Below, piece by piece: positions 54,914 to 64,000 of a stretch of 64,000 bases of DNA. Positions within the stretch are counted from its first letter, which is position 1, and every line of letters begins with the position of its first letter. The notes under the pieces are model-generated. The model saw only the letters and a program-made list of their open reading frames with translations, had not been told where the DNA came from and did not search any database. The translations under genes were made by a program, and so were the position numbers. The stretch is taken from NCBI GenBank assembly GCA_965209155.1, contig OZ242383.1, positions 608,001 through 672,000 on the forward strand, in the 5' to 3' direction. The DNA is from a bacterium. GTDB taxonomy: Bacteria; SAR324; NAC60-12.

Positions 54914-55432
54914 TCACGCCCTTTCTGAGGGGCCATTGAGCGTATAAATCACTTTCGCTCCGCAATACCGGCACACCAGGTTTTTTCGTTGGCGGTGGGC
55001 TTCCCGTTGCCAGCAGTGATTCGAGCATTGCTGGATATACCGGGCTTTCATGAATCTCAAGGAATGACAACGCTGGCCCTTACAACCCAGTCTCAGCGCG
55101 ACTGAGCGCCAGACTCGATCATGTCCGTGACTAGGCGTCAAGGCGTGCGCGATTTCATGGAGGAGGGTATCCGTGACTTCGGCGCGAGAGGCGCTCGTGG
55201 CGAAGTGTCTCGAGACGGAAATGATTTTTTTGGCATAGCTGCACTGGCCTGCCCTCACTCGGGCGTGATCGAATCGAAAACGCCATCCCTGGCGGGTCAA
55301 CCCGTGCTTCTGCATCAGGGAATGGGCTTCCTGCCATACGGCCTCCCGGCGGGTCACCTGCTCGAGCGCATTCTGAGTTACCGGCTCCTTGTCGGCAATC
55401 CCGTGTTTGTCTTTTTGTTGATTACGCAGCAT
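54914..55432 (-). CDS. SprT-like zinc metalloprotease domain protein
   Basis: RAGQC, LLHEIAHAL..HGHD.VW, C-terminal Cys pairs (CSNHC, CRYCG). Confidence 0.85.
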   Translation of the reverse strand: MLRNQQKDKHGIADKEPVTQNALEQVTRREAVWQEAHSLMQKHGLTRQGWRFRFDHARVRAGQCSYAKKIISVSRHFATSASRAEVTDTLLHEIAHALTPSHGHDRVWRSVALRLGCKGQRCHSLRFMKARYIQQCSNHCWQREAHRQRKNLVCRYCGAKVIYTLNGPSERA

Positions 55433-55954
55433 TCAACCTTCCTTGGTATGCAATGCATTATACGTGTTGGCAGTCATCAGGTTACGTAAAACAAAAATGG
55501 CTGCTCAAACCGTCGACAGCAATCATTATTTGCCTGATGGATTTCGCCGAAATCTCCAATTCTGATGTTCGGACAGATTCGTCAGGAAAGAATATATCAG
55601 GAAGTTTGCCAATTATGACAAATAAAAATATTAGTGCAGCAAGTAAATCAAAAATCTCGGCATTGTCAAGATCCGGATATTTATTCTGTATCCCATTCAT
55701 ACAGATGGCTTAAGAAAAGGAAAGTTCGGACAGAGCAAACGATGATTTAGCTACTGTCAAGCAACAGCATGAAGGATTGGATTATCTGAAGGAGGAAAAA
55801 TCGATTGCGGGGGAATCCTCTCCCATTCTACTTATAGATTTCTTATGTTAAAAACGAAGTAACCTCAGCCAGGTGAGTTGTTAAACCATAGCGGTTCTGA
55901 TTGTTCAGGTATAAGTTGGGGACTTTTCAAAAAACCTTTAAATTGTGCATAACA

Positions 55955-57115
55955 ATGGGAAGATATGTTGTTCGTTTTCCAAAGGATGAGTATTTAAAGC
56001 ACCGGAAATTAAATAATATATCGGAATGGGATCATTTGAATATTGAATGGATAGGATCCAGAGAAAAGCTTATCGTATCTCCACCCGAGCAACGTCTTCA
56101 TTATATGGTAAAATTTCCAAATTATGGTGAAAATGAAATCAATATAGAATTGTTCAACTGCTGTTTGGGATTGAATCTAGGTCTCAATATTGCTTCATAT
56201 TTTCCATGTAAATACAGAGGAAAACAAGGAGTCATTACCAAAAGTTTTCTAAAACCTAATTCGGAACTTTGGGAAATGAAGACATTAATTTGCCATCATT
56301 CAAATAGAGCGAATTTAGAAGAAAAAATGGGTAGACACCAAGAAGTTTTAAAAGAGCATGATATCGACAATATTTTTCTAATCCTTCAAATGGAGTTTGG
56401 AGAAGCCGTCCTTCACGATTTTTTCCGGATGGTAGGGTTTGACTGCTTGATTGGTCACGGAGACCGTCACTGGACGAATTATGGTATTGTCCTATGGGAG
56501 CAGAAAGCGGAATTAAAATTCCGATTGGCTCCCATATATGATACAGCATCGGGTTACCTATTGGAACTGGATGAAGAACACTTGGAAAGAGTGTAACTAT
56601 TTAGGTACCCCAATTTTTGAGTATAATACTGATTTTATTGGATTAATTTTGAAAACTGAAAAAATTGAATATTTGATTCTAAAATTTAAAATCAATGATT
56701 TCAATGGATTACGTTTGTAAAAATTCAGGAATCACCAAATATTCAAAAAAATCGCATGTAATATCAATTAGTTGAGTACCTGAATAGTTACGAAAGAGTT
56801 ATAAAAAGGGGAGAACTTGAAAATGAAAATTGGCATAAACCCCAAAAAAAAGGATTGTGTAAAATGACTTGTAGTAAAAACCTGAAAACCAACCATATCG
56901 AACTTTTCGAATACATTCTTAAAAAAAATAATTTTTCAAAATATATTCTGGATTTGACTTATCCCATAAGAAAATTTAACACCAAGCTCGTCAGATGTTT
57001 AATAAAAAATAGTTTCTACCTGAGAAAACTCTCAAGGAATAGAAAATATGCTATTATTAAAACATTGGAGATGAGAAAAAAAATATTGACATCGATAATG
57101 GAAAGTAATAGGTAG
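55955..57115 (+). pseudogene. HipA-family Ser/Thr kinase interrupted by a MITE
   Basis: IGSREK, MVKFP, FDCLIGHGDRHWTNYG, LAPIYDT; removing 56593-56799 restores one frame (...HLERVIKRGELENENWHKPQKKGLCKMT...) of about 317 aa. Confidence 0.85.
56593..56791. mobile_element. 199-bp MITE with IS66-type ends
   Basis: TIR GTAACTATT(T/C)AGGTAC (15/16 match); exact 8-bp TSD GAAAGAGT at 56585-56592 and 56792-56799. Confidence 0.9.
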
Positions 57116-57127
57116 CGAGAGGATTTC

Positions 57128-57553
57128 ATGCCCACTTTCAGAGAAATTTGTCAAAAACTTGAAAATATCATTAAAGGAAGAAAAGGGGAGTCAGACAAGC
57201 GCAATGATAGTATTAAACTTAAAATTGAAATAAGGGGTAAAACAATCGCCTATCTTTCTTCCGAAAACGACGGAAAAGTATATACACTTAAATATACCGA
57301 TAACTTTAAGACTGCCGGAGTGCCTCCATTTAATATGAAGGCATTACAAAGACCTGAGATTGGGAAAGTGTATAAAAGTGAAATTCTTTGGTACGCCTTC
57401 GCTGCGAGAGTACCCAACCCTTCTCGACCCGATTTTAAAAAAGCGCTGGAAGAAGCCGGTTTGACAGGAAATGAACCGACATTGGAAATCATTGGTAAAC
57501 TTTCAAAAAAAAGTATTTCCAAGTCTTGGGAAATTGAGATTGACGCCGCATAA
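57128..57553 (+). CDS. HipA N-terminal-like (HipS-like) partner protein
   Basis: IAYLS...YTLKY...KVYKSEILWYAFAARVPNPSRPD; starts 12 bp after the kinase stop with a GAGG RBS. Confidence 0.7.
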   Translation: MPTFREICQKLENIIKGRKGESDKRNDSIKLKIEIRGKTIAYLSSENDGKVYTLKYTDNFKTAGVPPFNMKALQRPEIGKVYKSEILWYAFAARVPNPSRPDFKKALEEAGLTGNEPTLEIIGKLSKKSISKSWEIEIDAA

Positions 57554-57684
57554 TGAAGTCCCTGTATGAACTGAGGCTCTTCTGTGGGTGTCCGGCTATC
57601 ATTTCAAGACCCGACGGTCAAACAAATCGAACGCATTCAAATCAGATGCAGAAAGTTCGCAAAAACCGGAAAAGCGAAAACATT

Positions 57685-58554
57685 ATGAAAGGTCTGCTCG
57701 ATTGGATTGTCGAGTGCAATTCCTGGAATAGTTCCCATTTCGTGGATTTCATCATCGAAGACATCACGGTCGGCGCCATTCACTGCAGTCGATTGGAGCT
57801 TTTGAAGCGATATCCGCAAATATTTCAGGTCTTTTCAAACCGGGTGAAACTGCATCCTAGACTCGACAGCCCGGCAGCCCGCACGGAGGCAGTGGATGCC
57901 GTGCTGCGCAACTGGCGAAAGAAAGGCATCATTCAAGGATGGCGGGATGAGTCATACCGGGTGACTTCTTCTTTCGACAGACCTCCCTTGATGCTGATCG
58001 AGCGAAGTGCCGCTCCTTTTTTCGGAGTGATCAACTATGGCGTGCATCTCAATGGTTTTACGGAAAAAGCAGGGAGCTGCTACATGTGGCTGGCCAGACG
58101 ATCCGCGCAAAAATCCAGGTTCCCGGGGCACCTGGATCACCTGGTGGCCGGTGGTCATACGGCAGGAATGAGTACCCGGGAGGTTATGCTCAAAGAGTGC
58201 GCTGAGGAGGCTGGGATTCCCGGGGAACTGGCCAGACAGGCGCAACCGGCAGGGGCGATCAGTTTTTGTATGGACGACAACCAGGCCCTGCGACGGGACG
58301 TCTTGTTCGTCTATGATCTCAAACTGCCCGAAAATTTCGCCCCGCAGAATATGGATGGCGAAGTGGCCGAATTTTTCCTCTGGTCCATTGCCCAAGTATT
58401 GGAAACGGTGGCCCGCACTCGAACCATAAAAACCAACTGCAACCTGGTGATGATCGACTTCCTGGTACGACATGGTTATCTTTGCCCGGACGATCCCCAT
58501 TATCTGAAAATCGTACACGGGTTGCGGGGCCTTGATTGGCGACCCTTCTTATAA
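57685..58554 (+). CDS. Nudix hydrolase with N-terminal DUF4743 (start uncertain)
   Basis: GWRDE.Y, ERSAAPFFG..YGVHLNG, WLARRS..K..FPG.LD.LVAGG, KECAEEAG. Confidence 0.85.
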   Translation: MKGLLDWIVECNSWNSSHFVDFIIEDITVGAIHCSRLELLKRYPQIFQVFSNRVKLHPRLDSPAARTEAVDAVLRNWRKKGIIQGWRDESYRVTSSFDRPPLMLIERSAAPFFGVINYGVHLNGFTEKAGSCYMWLARRSAQKSRFPGHLDHLVAGGHTAGMSTREVMLKECAEEAGIPGELARQAQPAGAISFCMDDNQALRRDVLFVYDLKLPENFAPQNMDGEVAEFFLWSIAQVLETVARTRTIKTNCNLVMIDFLVRHGYLCPDDPHYLKIVHGLRGLDWRPFL

Positions 58555-58830
58555 AACCCGAGTTCGACATAAATCTACAATGATATGAGTATTTTGGTGT
58601 GTATATCATTCCGGTCCCGGATCGAGTCCGGGATGATCCGGGATCCAGGGTTGTTTTCGATTCCCTGGATTCCTGGTCGGAGCCAGGAAGGACACAAAGG
58701 TGGGAAGGCAAAAAGGCAAAAAGGAAAGGCATGAAGGAACTGAAAACCGATAACTGGCACAAAGGCACAAAGGCACAAAGGCATACTGGATTCCTGGTCC
58801 CGGATCCAGTCCGGGATGCCAGGAAGGACA
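58555..58830 (-). repeat. MITE family A terminus plus inverted REP/octamer composite
   Basis: AACCCGAGTTCGACATAAATCT directly after the Nudix stop; (CAAAGGCA)n; ctggattcctgg palindromes. Confidence 0.8.
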
Positions 58831-58885
58831 TAGAGGGGAGGAATCGCTAATTTATTCGCGGGTAGGGGTAACGGGAATTATTATC

Positions 58886-58914
58886 TTGCTTTGGGTTGCG
58901 GGCAGAATTATAAA
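58886..58914 (+). promoter_or_regulatory. Putative promoter of the NusG paralog
   Basis: TTGCTT-17 bp-TATAAA. Confidence 0.35.
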
Positions 58915-59026
58915 AATTGCTGAAAATATTTCATCAAAAATGATTCGCTTGATCCCTTTTCACCATTGAAATCAAGCCGATTTTCAAATTGCTGGTACCT
59001 GTTTCGCAGGTCATCCATCGCTGTTT

Positions 59027-59569
59027 ATGCAGTACGACAATCATGAAAACTGGTACGTGCTCCGTATCCGTTCCAGGTTCGATCAACTCTCGGAAAAAGC
59101 GCTGAAGAACAAACGATTCGAGATTTTCAATCCAACCTACAAGGAATGGAGTCGACGCAAGGATCGCAAAAAACTATTGAAGAAATCCATCTTCAGGGAA
59201 TACATGTTTTTACGAACCACGCTGACTGCGGAGATTCACCTGGAGATCCTGAAGTCCTACGGGGTGATGCAGGTTTTGCAAAACCGTTGTGGTCCGGTTC
59301 CGGTCCCCGCCAGTCAAATCGCCAACATACGCATGCTCGAGAAGCACGTGGGACGCTGTTTCCACACTCCACAATTTGCCCGGGGGGACTGGGTCCGTAT
59401 CCGGGAGGGGGTGATGGAAGGCTTGATGGGGCAAATCGACTGGATGCAAAAAAATCTTTTACGAATCACGGTCAACGGCATTGCCGGATCGGTTGCCGTC
59501 GAAATCGATCCCCACCAGGTTGAACTGCTGCGCCAGGACCCCCTCTACCAGGTCGTCACCAGCCATTGA
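59027..59569 (+). CDS. Specialised NusG paralog (UpxY/LoaP/RfaH-like antiterminator)
   Basis: NGN domain (WYVLRIRSR..FNP..WSRRKDRKK..IFREYMF) plus KOW (GDWVRIREGVMEGLMG); not in a secE-nusG-rplK context. Confidence 0.88.
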   Translation: MQYDNHENWYVLRIRSRFDQLSEKALKNKRFEIFNPTYKEWSRRKDRKKLLKKSIFREYMFLRTTLTAEIHLEILKSYGVMQVLQNRCGPVPVPASQIANIRMLEKHVGRCFHTPQFARGDWVRIREGVMEGLMGQIDWMQKNLLRITVNGIAGSVAVEIDPHQVELLRQDPLYQVVTSH

Positions 59570-59666
59570 TGGGTCTTCTGCTGCCGGGATTTTCGTCCAT
59601 TGCATTCCACGTCATGTAACGCAAATGGCGAAGCTTGCTCAAATCGGTTCGGGGAATTGGCGGCAG

Positions 59667-59950
59667 TGATCAGTGATCGGTTATCGGTTATCAGTTCCTT
59701 CACGAGTCACCTTTGTCCCTTCCCTCTGTGTCATTCCTGGCTTGATCAGGAATCCAGATTGCCTTTGCTCCTTTGTCCCTTTGCAGCTGGCCGAAAAAAT
59801 GTCATTCCTGGCTTGATCAGGAATCCAGAATGACTTTGTCCCTTTGTGCCTTTGCGCATTTGAAGCTGGCCGAAAAAATGTCATTCCTGGTTTGAACAGG
59901 AATCCAGAATGACTTTGCGCCTTTGTACCTTTGTCCCTTTGTCCCTTCCC
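59667..59950 (+). repeat. Three-unit REP/octamer tandem array
   Basis: gtcattcctggcttgatcaggaatccaga-type units at 59730, 59801 and 59880 with ctttgt(g/c)c octamers between them. Confidence 0.85.
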
Positions 59951-59966
59951 TCAGTGCATTTATTTG

Positions 59967-59995
59967 TTGACTTGGTGATAAAAATCTGGTAGTTT
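59967..59995 (+). promoter_or_regulatory. Putative promoter of the ACP-hydrolase-PKS operon
   Basis: TTGACT-17 bp-TAGTTT with an extended TG. Confidence 0.4.
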
Positions 59996-60148
59996 GGCTT
60001 CAAACCATGTGGAATCACCCTGATTTGCCGGCCTTCGAGCTTCGATTGGTAAAGTGGATGATTGCGCTGAATTGGACCGGGGCTGGTAGAATACCGGCGT
60101 TCCTGAACCTGCTCCGACACACCTCTACTCATTGGGAGAATAACAACC

Positions 60149-60385
60149 ATGGCTACAACCGAACAACGTGTAAGACAACTCGTCAGCGATAACCTGGAAG
60201 TGGACGGGCAACCTCTGAACCTGTCGGCGGACCTGAATACAGGACTCACCGAGCTGGGCGTATCCTCACTGGATATCGTTGCCTTTGCGAAACTGGTTTC
60301 AAAGGAATTCGATATTACATTCACGATCGAAGATTGTAAGACTGTAAACACCATTCAGAAACTGATCGATTACGTCGACGGCTAG
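60149..60385 (+). CDS. Acyl carrier protein (SupB-like)
   Basis: 78 aa, acidic, ELGVSSLD phosphopantetheine-site motif, GGAG RBS. Confidence 0.85.
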   Translation: MATTEQRVRQLVSDNLEVDGQPLNLSADLNTGLTELGVSSLDIVAFAKLVSKEFDITFTIEDCKTVNTIQKLIDYVDG

Positions 60386-60508
60386 TCAACCTGAACATTT
60401 TCGGTCGCTGCGTCGCTACTGCCGGACAGGCGGAGGATATTCTCCAGTCCGGCGCCGTATGCCTCAACAATCTGATGCGGCATTTCGACGCTCTTGCTTA
60501 TGAACTGA

Positions 60509-61465
60509 ATGACAATGGCTTCAGAAATCCTGTGGGAGATACCTGAACCCGCTTCCATCTGTGAAGTCCGACCGGACAGTGACACCGTCATTTCCCTGCG
60601 CCGCTACGGGAACCCGGCAGGCCCGCGCCTCGTGCTGAGTCACGGCAACGGCCTCGCGATTGACCTCTATTTTCCTTTCTGGTCATTGCTCACGGACGAT
60701 TTCGACCTGATAATCCATGATCTCAGAAACCACGGATGGAACAGCGTCGGTTCCATTGAAAACCATAACGTACCGGCATTCGTGCGCGACCATAACTGCA
60801 TCCTCGCGGCAATTGACGAACAATACGGGGAGAAACCGAAAATCGGCGTGTTTCATTCCTCTTCATCCCTGGTAACGCTCATGTCGACTTCGATGCCGGC
60901 TATCCCCGGGATTAACTGCGAATGCAGCGCTTTCTCCGCACTAGTGCTGTTTGACCCGCCCCTCTGCAAGCCCGGTGCCAGCCAGGCAAAATTCGACGAG
61001 GCCGCCGAAAAGACCGCGGCGATGACCCGGCGGCGCTCGAAGCGGTTCAAGTCCAAGGAACAGTATGTTGAACTGGTCGAGTTCATGCCACCCTTCAGGA
61101 ACGTCGTTCCCGGCGTGCGCGAACTGCTGGCTGACACGACACTGCGCGAGGCCGCTGACGGGAAAGGCTACGAACTCTGCTGCCCACCCGAATACGAGGC
61201 GCAGATTATCGATTACATCAGGAGTTTCTCTCCGTTGGTGGACCTGGATGCGATACACTGCCCGACGAAAGTCATCGGCGCCGATCCCACCGTGCCTTTC
61301 TCTTACCTGCCTACCATTGACCTGAGCGACATCCTGAGCGTAGACTATGATTTTCTGCCGGATACGACGCACATGATGCAACTGGAACAACCGGAAGAAT
61401 GCGTCACCACCATGCGCGATTTCATTGAGCAGGAGGTGCTTTCCGGCTTCCCGGAAAGGAAGTAG
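60509..61465 (+). CDS. Alpha/beta hydrolase (SupD-like)
   Basis: LSHGNG, HDLRNHG, GVFHSSS nucleophile elbow, LVLFDPP, THMMQLEQP. Confidence 0.85.
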   Translation: MTMASEILWEIPEPASICEVRPDSDTVISLRRYGNPAGPRLVLSHGNGLAIDLYFPFWSLLTDDFDLIIHDLRNHGWNSVGSIENHNVPAFVRDHNCILAAIDEQYGEKPKIGVFHSSSSLVTLMSTSMPAIPGINCECSAFSALVLFDPPLCKPGASQAKFDEAAEKTAAMTRRRSKRFKSKEQYVELVEFMPPFRNVVPGVRELLADTTLREAADGKGYELCCPPEYEAQIIDYIRSFSPLVDLDAIHCPTKVIGADPTVPFSYLPTIDLSDILSVDYDFLPDTTHMMQLEQPEECVTTMRDFIEQEVLSGFPERK

Positions 61466-61468
61466 ACG

Positions 61469-64000
61469 ATGTACGAAACCAGACAACCGATCGCGATAAT
61501 CGGCATGGCGTGCCGTTTCCCCGGCGCGCCGGACATCCCCTCGTTCTGGCGCTTGCTGGAAGCGGGTGAGAACGCCGTAATCGAGGGTACCCCGGGTTCG
61601 GGAGCCGGCCGCTTCGGAGAACTCTTCCCCGACGGGGTCGTTTCGAACGAACGCTGCCGTTACGGCGCCTTCGTCAGCGACATCGACCGTTTCGATGAGG
61701 CATTCTTCCGGATTTCACCGGTCGAAGCGCAGTTGCTGGACCCGCAACAGCGCATGATGCTCGAAACGAGCTGGCTGGCCCTGGAGGATGCGGGTATTGC
61801 CCCGGACCGCTTGAAGGGAACCCGCACCGGTGTCTACGCCGGGATCAGCAATGACGAATACCGGATGCTGGTACTGGAATCAGGCAAGCCTGCCGATGCC
61901 GCCTCCTGCCTGTACGCCCTCAGCGGCACCAACCTGAACGGCGCTGCCGGCAGGGTCGCATTCGTGATGGGCCTGATGGGGCCGGTAAAGGCGGTTGACG
62001 CCGCCTGCGCATCGTCCCTGGTTTCCATCCATGATGCCGTGGCCGACCTGCAGCAGGGCAAGGCGAACCTGGCCCTTGCGGGCGGTGTGCAGGCTCTGCT
62101 GAACAGCCGCATCTATGAACTGCGCGCGGATGCGATGATGTTGTCCCCGGAAGGCCAGTGCAAGACCTTCGACGCTTCTGCGGACGGCTACGTACGAGGT
62201 GAAGGCTGCGGCATGGTGGTCCTGAAGCGGCTGAGTGAGGCGGAAACAGACGGCGATCGGATCTGGGGGGTCATCACGGGAGCGGCGGTAAATCACGGCG
62301 GCGCCAGCGCTGGACTCACGGTACCCAACACACCCGCACTCGTCCGGGTAATCGAAGCAGCGCTGGCGCAGGCAGGTCTCCCGGCATCCGAGGTGGATTA
62401 CCTGGAGGCGCACGGAACCGGAACAACCGTGGGCGATCCGATCGAGATCAATGCCGTGGCCGAGGTCTACAGTAAGGAACGCGCAAGCGACCATCCGCTG
62501 CTGACGGGTTCGGTGAAAACCAACATCGGCCACCTGGAGTCGGCTGCCGGTGTCGCCGGCCTGATCAAGGCAGTCCTGGCGATGAAGCGGAGAGTCATCC
62601 CGAAACACCTGCATTTCCACGATCCAAACCCGGCAATCGACTGGGACAACTTGCCTTTGCGGGTGACCTCATCCATGACGGATTGGCCTCGCCATAACGG
62701 GCGGCCGCGCTCGGCCGGCGTTAATTCCTTCGGGATATCCGGGACCAACGCCCATATCGTGCTGGAAGAGTACAGGCCTGCGGATAGCGCATCCGGCGGG
62801 GAACATGATGACGCGGGTTCCACACAGACCGTCGCAGTGTCACTGCCTGCGGCCCTGGCGCACCTTCCCGTTCCGGATTCAGCGTACCACCGGCGCACTT
62901 CCCGGATCCTGCCGCTGTCCGGAAAATCGGAGAACGCGCTGCGGGAACTCGCGCAGAGGTACCTGTTATGGCTTGATGGGAAGGCCCCGGCCTCGCTGTT
63001 GTCCGACATGGCATGGACAGCAGGAGTGGGACGCAGCCATTTCGAATACCGCGCAAGTATCGTTTTCAATGACGCAGGGTCGTTACGGAAACAACTCGGC
63101 GTACTGGCTGAAGAGGGTGAGATAACCAAACCACGGGTCACCAACAGGGTGGCATTTGTCTACACCGGTCAGGGAAGCCAGTGGACGGGCATGGGACAAG
63201 CGCTCTACGAAAGTGAGCCGGTAGCGCGGGCGATCCTGGAGCGTTGTGAGGCGGTGTCCCTGGATGAAAGAGGAACCTCCCTGCTGGATGTGATGTTCGG
63301 GCGGCCCGGGACGGAAGGGAAACTGGATGACACCGCTTGGGAGCAGCCCGCCCTGTTCGCCCTGGAATGCGCGCTGACGGCACTCTGGTCGAGTGTGGGC
63401 GTGCGTCCCGACGTGGTGATGGGGCACAGCGTCGGAGAACTGGCCGCAGCACAGACCGCAGGGGTATTCAGTCTGGAGGACGGGATGCGCTTTGCCTGCG
63501 CACGGGGCATCCTGCTGTCGCAAACCAAACAGGGCGCCATGGCTGCGGTTTTTGCAAAGTCAGACAAGGTGGCGTCCGGGTTACAAGCAGCAAATACAAC
63601 AGTCGACGGAGTCGGTGTCGACATCTCGGCGGATAACGGAACACACCAGGTAATCAGCGGTCCGCTTGCGGCAATCGAAACCATCCTGAAGCGTTTCGAA
63701 GCGGAAGGAATCCGGGTGAGACGACTGAATACGGCCAGGGCATTCCACAGCGCCCTCGTCGAACCGGCCCTGGACCTGCTGGAAGAATCCCTGGGCGGCA
63801 TGGATCTCAGCCCTCCCTCACTGGACCTGGTGAGCAACCTGACAGGCATGACAGTAATGCCGGGTCAAGCGCTGGACGCTTCCTACTGGAGACGTCATGC
63901 CCGGGAACCGGTGGCCTTCGCCTCCGGAGTCCGGACGCTGGCGGATCTCGGTGTGGACCTCGTGGTGGAGATAGGCCCGCATTCGATACTGGCTCCCATG
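61469..64000 (+). CDS. Type I polyketide synthase (KS-AT..., SupA-like), truncated by the window end
   Basis: Manual translation MYETRQPIAIIGMACRFPGA..DPQQR..VDAACASSL..EAHGTGT..KTNIGHLE (KS triad); AT with GQGSQW, GHSVGE, RAFHS. Missing from the ORF track because there is no stop in the window. Confidence 0.95.
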   Translation, partial: MYETRQPIAIIGMACRFPGAPDIPSFWRLLEAGENAVIEGTPGSGAGRFGELFPDGVVSNERCRYGAFVSDIDRFDEAFFRISPVEAQLLDPQQRMMLETSWLALEDAGIAPDRLKGTRTGVYAGISNDEYRMLVLESGKPADAASCLYALSGTNLNGAAGRVAFVMGLMGPVKAVDAACASSLVSIHDAVADLQQGKANLALAGGVQALLNSRIYELRADAMMLSPEGQCKTFDASADGYVRGEGCGMVVLKRLSEAETDGDRIWGVITGAAVNHGGASAGLTVPNTPALVRVIEAALAQAGLPASEVDYLEAHGTGTTVGDPIEINAVAEVYSKERASDHPLLTGSVKTNIGHLESAAGVAGLIKAVLAMKRRVIPKHLHFHDPNPAIDWDNLPLRVTSSMTDWPRHNGRPRSAGVNSFGISGTNAHIVLEEYRPADSASGGEHDDAGSTQTVAVSLPAALAHLPVPDSAYHRRTSRILPLSGKSENALRELAQRYLLWLDGKAPASLLSDMAWTAGVGRSHFEYRASIVFNDAGSLRKQLGVLAEEGEITKPRVTNRVAFVYTGQGSQWTGMGQALYESEPVARAILERCEAVSLDERGTSLLDVMFGRPGTEGKLDDTAWEQPALFALECALTALWSSVGVRPDVVMGHSVGELAAAQTAGVFSLEDGMRFACARGILLSQTKQGAMAAVFAKSDKVASGLQAANTTVDGVGVDISADNGTHQVISGPLAAIETILKRFEAEGIRVRRLNTARAFHSALVEPALDLLEESLGGMDLSPPSLDLVSNLTGMTVMPGQALDASYWRRHAREPVAFASGVRTLADLGVDLVVEIGPHSILAPM

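Noticed and set aside
55440..55900. 72-86 aa ORFs or prophage remnant after lepA/SprT
   Set aside because: No recognisable motif, integrase or att repeat, and the coding strand cannot be decided
58855..58872. ops-like site GCGGGTAGGGG upstream of the NusG paralog
   Set aside because: Poor match to GGCGGTAGnnTG and upstream of the putative promoter
58319..59884. Small 'CLCAFVPL' ORFs (also 50104-50310)
   Set aside because: Translations of the octamer/REP repeats
61834..63849. Minus-strand and off-frame ORFs in the track
   Set aside because: Shadows of the plus-strand PKS, which the track misses because it has no stop in the window

Overview
A mostly core-genome bacterial window. The EF-G type and the style of the housekeeping proteins suggest a deltaproteobacterial, possibly SAR324-like, organism, and the sup-type PKS suggests a sponge symbiont; both are inferences. 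Core genes include cheY (partial), an ABC-F ATPase, batD/E, rpoBC, glcDEF, lpxA, pheS, tRNA-Leu and tRNA-Phe, an EF-G, rnpB, smc, xseB, rne, selA, proA, adk and lepA, many separated from their usual operon partners. Intergenic DNA is dense with non-autonomous repeats: GTCATTCC..GGAATCCAG palindromes (REP-like), (TGCCTTTG)n octamers, and a MITE family with about 18-bp TIRs and 4-bp TSDs that often abuts stop codons. A separate 199-bp IS66-type MITE with an exact 8-bp TSD splits a HipA-family kinase. A decayed RAYT-like transposase is also present. The right end carries a UpxY/LoaP-like NusG paralog followed by a GC-richer ACP, alpha/beta hydrolase and type I PKS (KS-AT, truncated by the window edge). 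The best candidates for new biology are the antiterminator plus sup-PKS locus, a putative uORF leader with stacked UGA codons upstream of EF-G, and the stop-codon-associated MITE/REP system.
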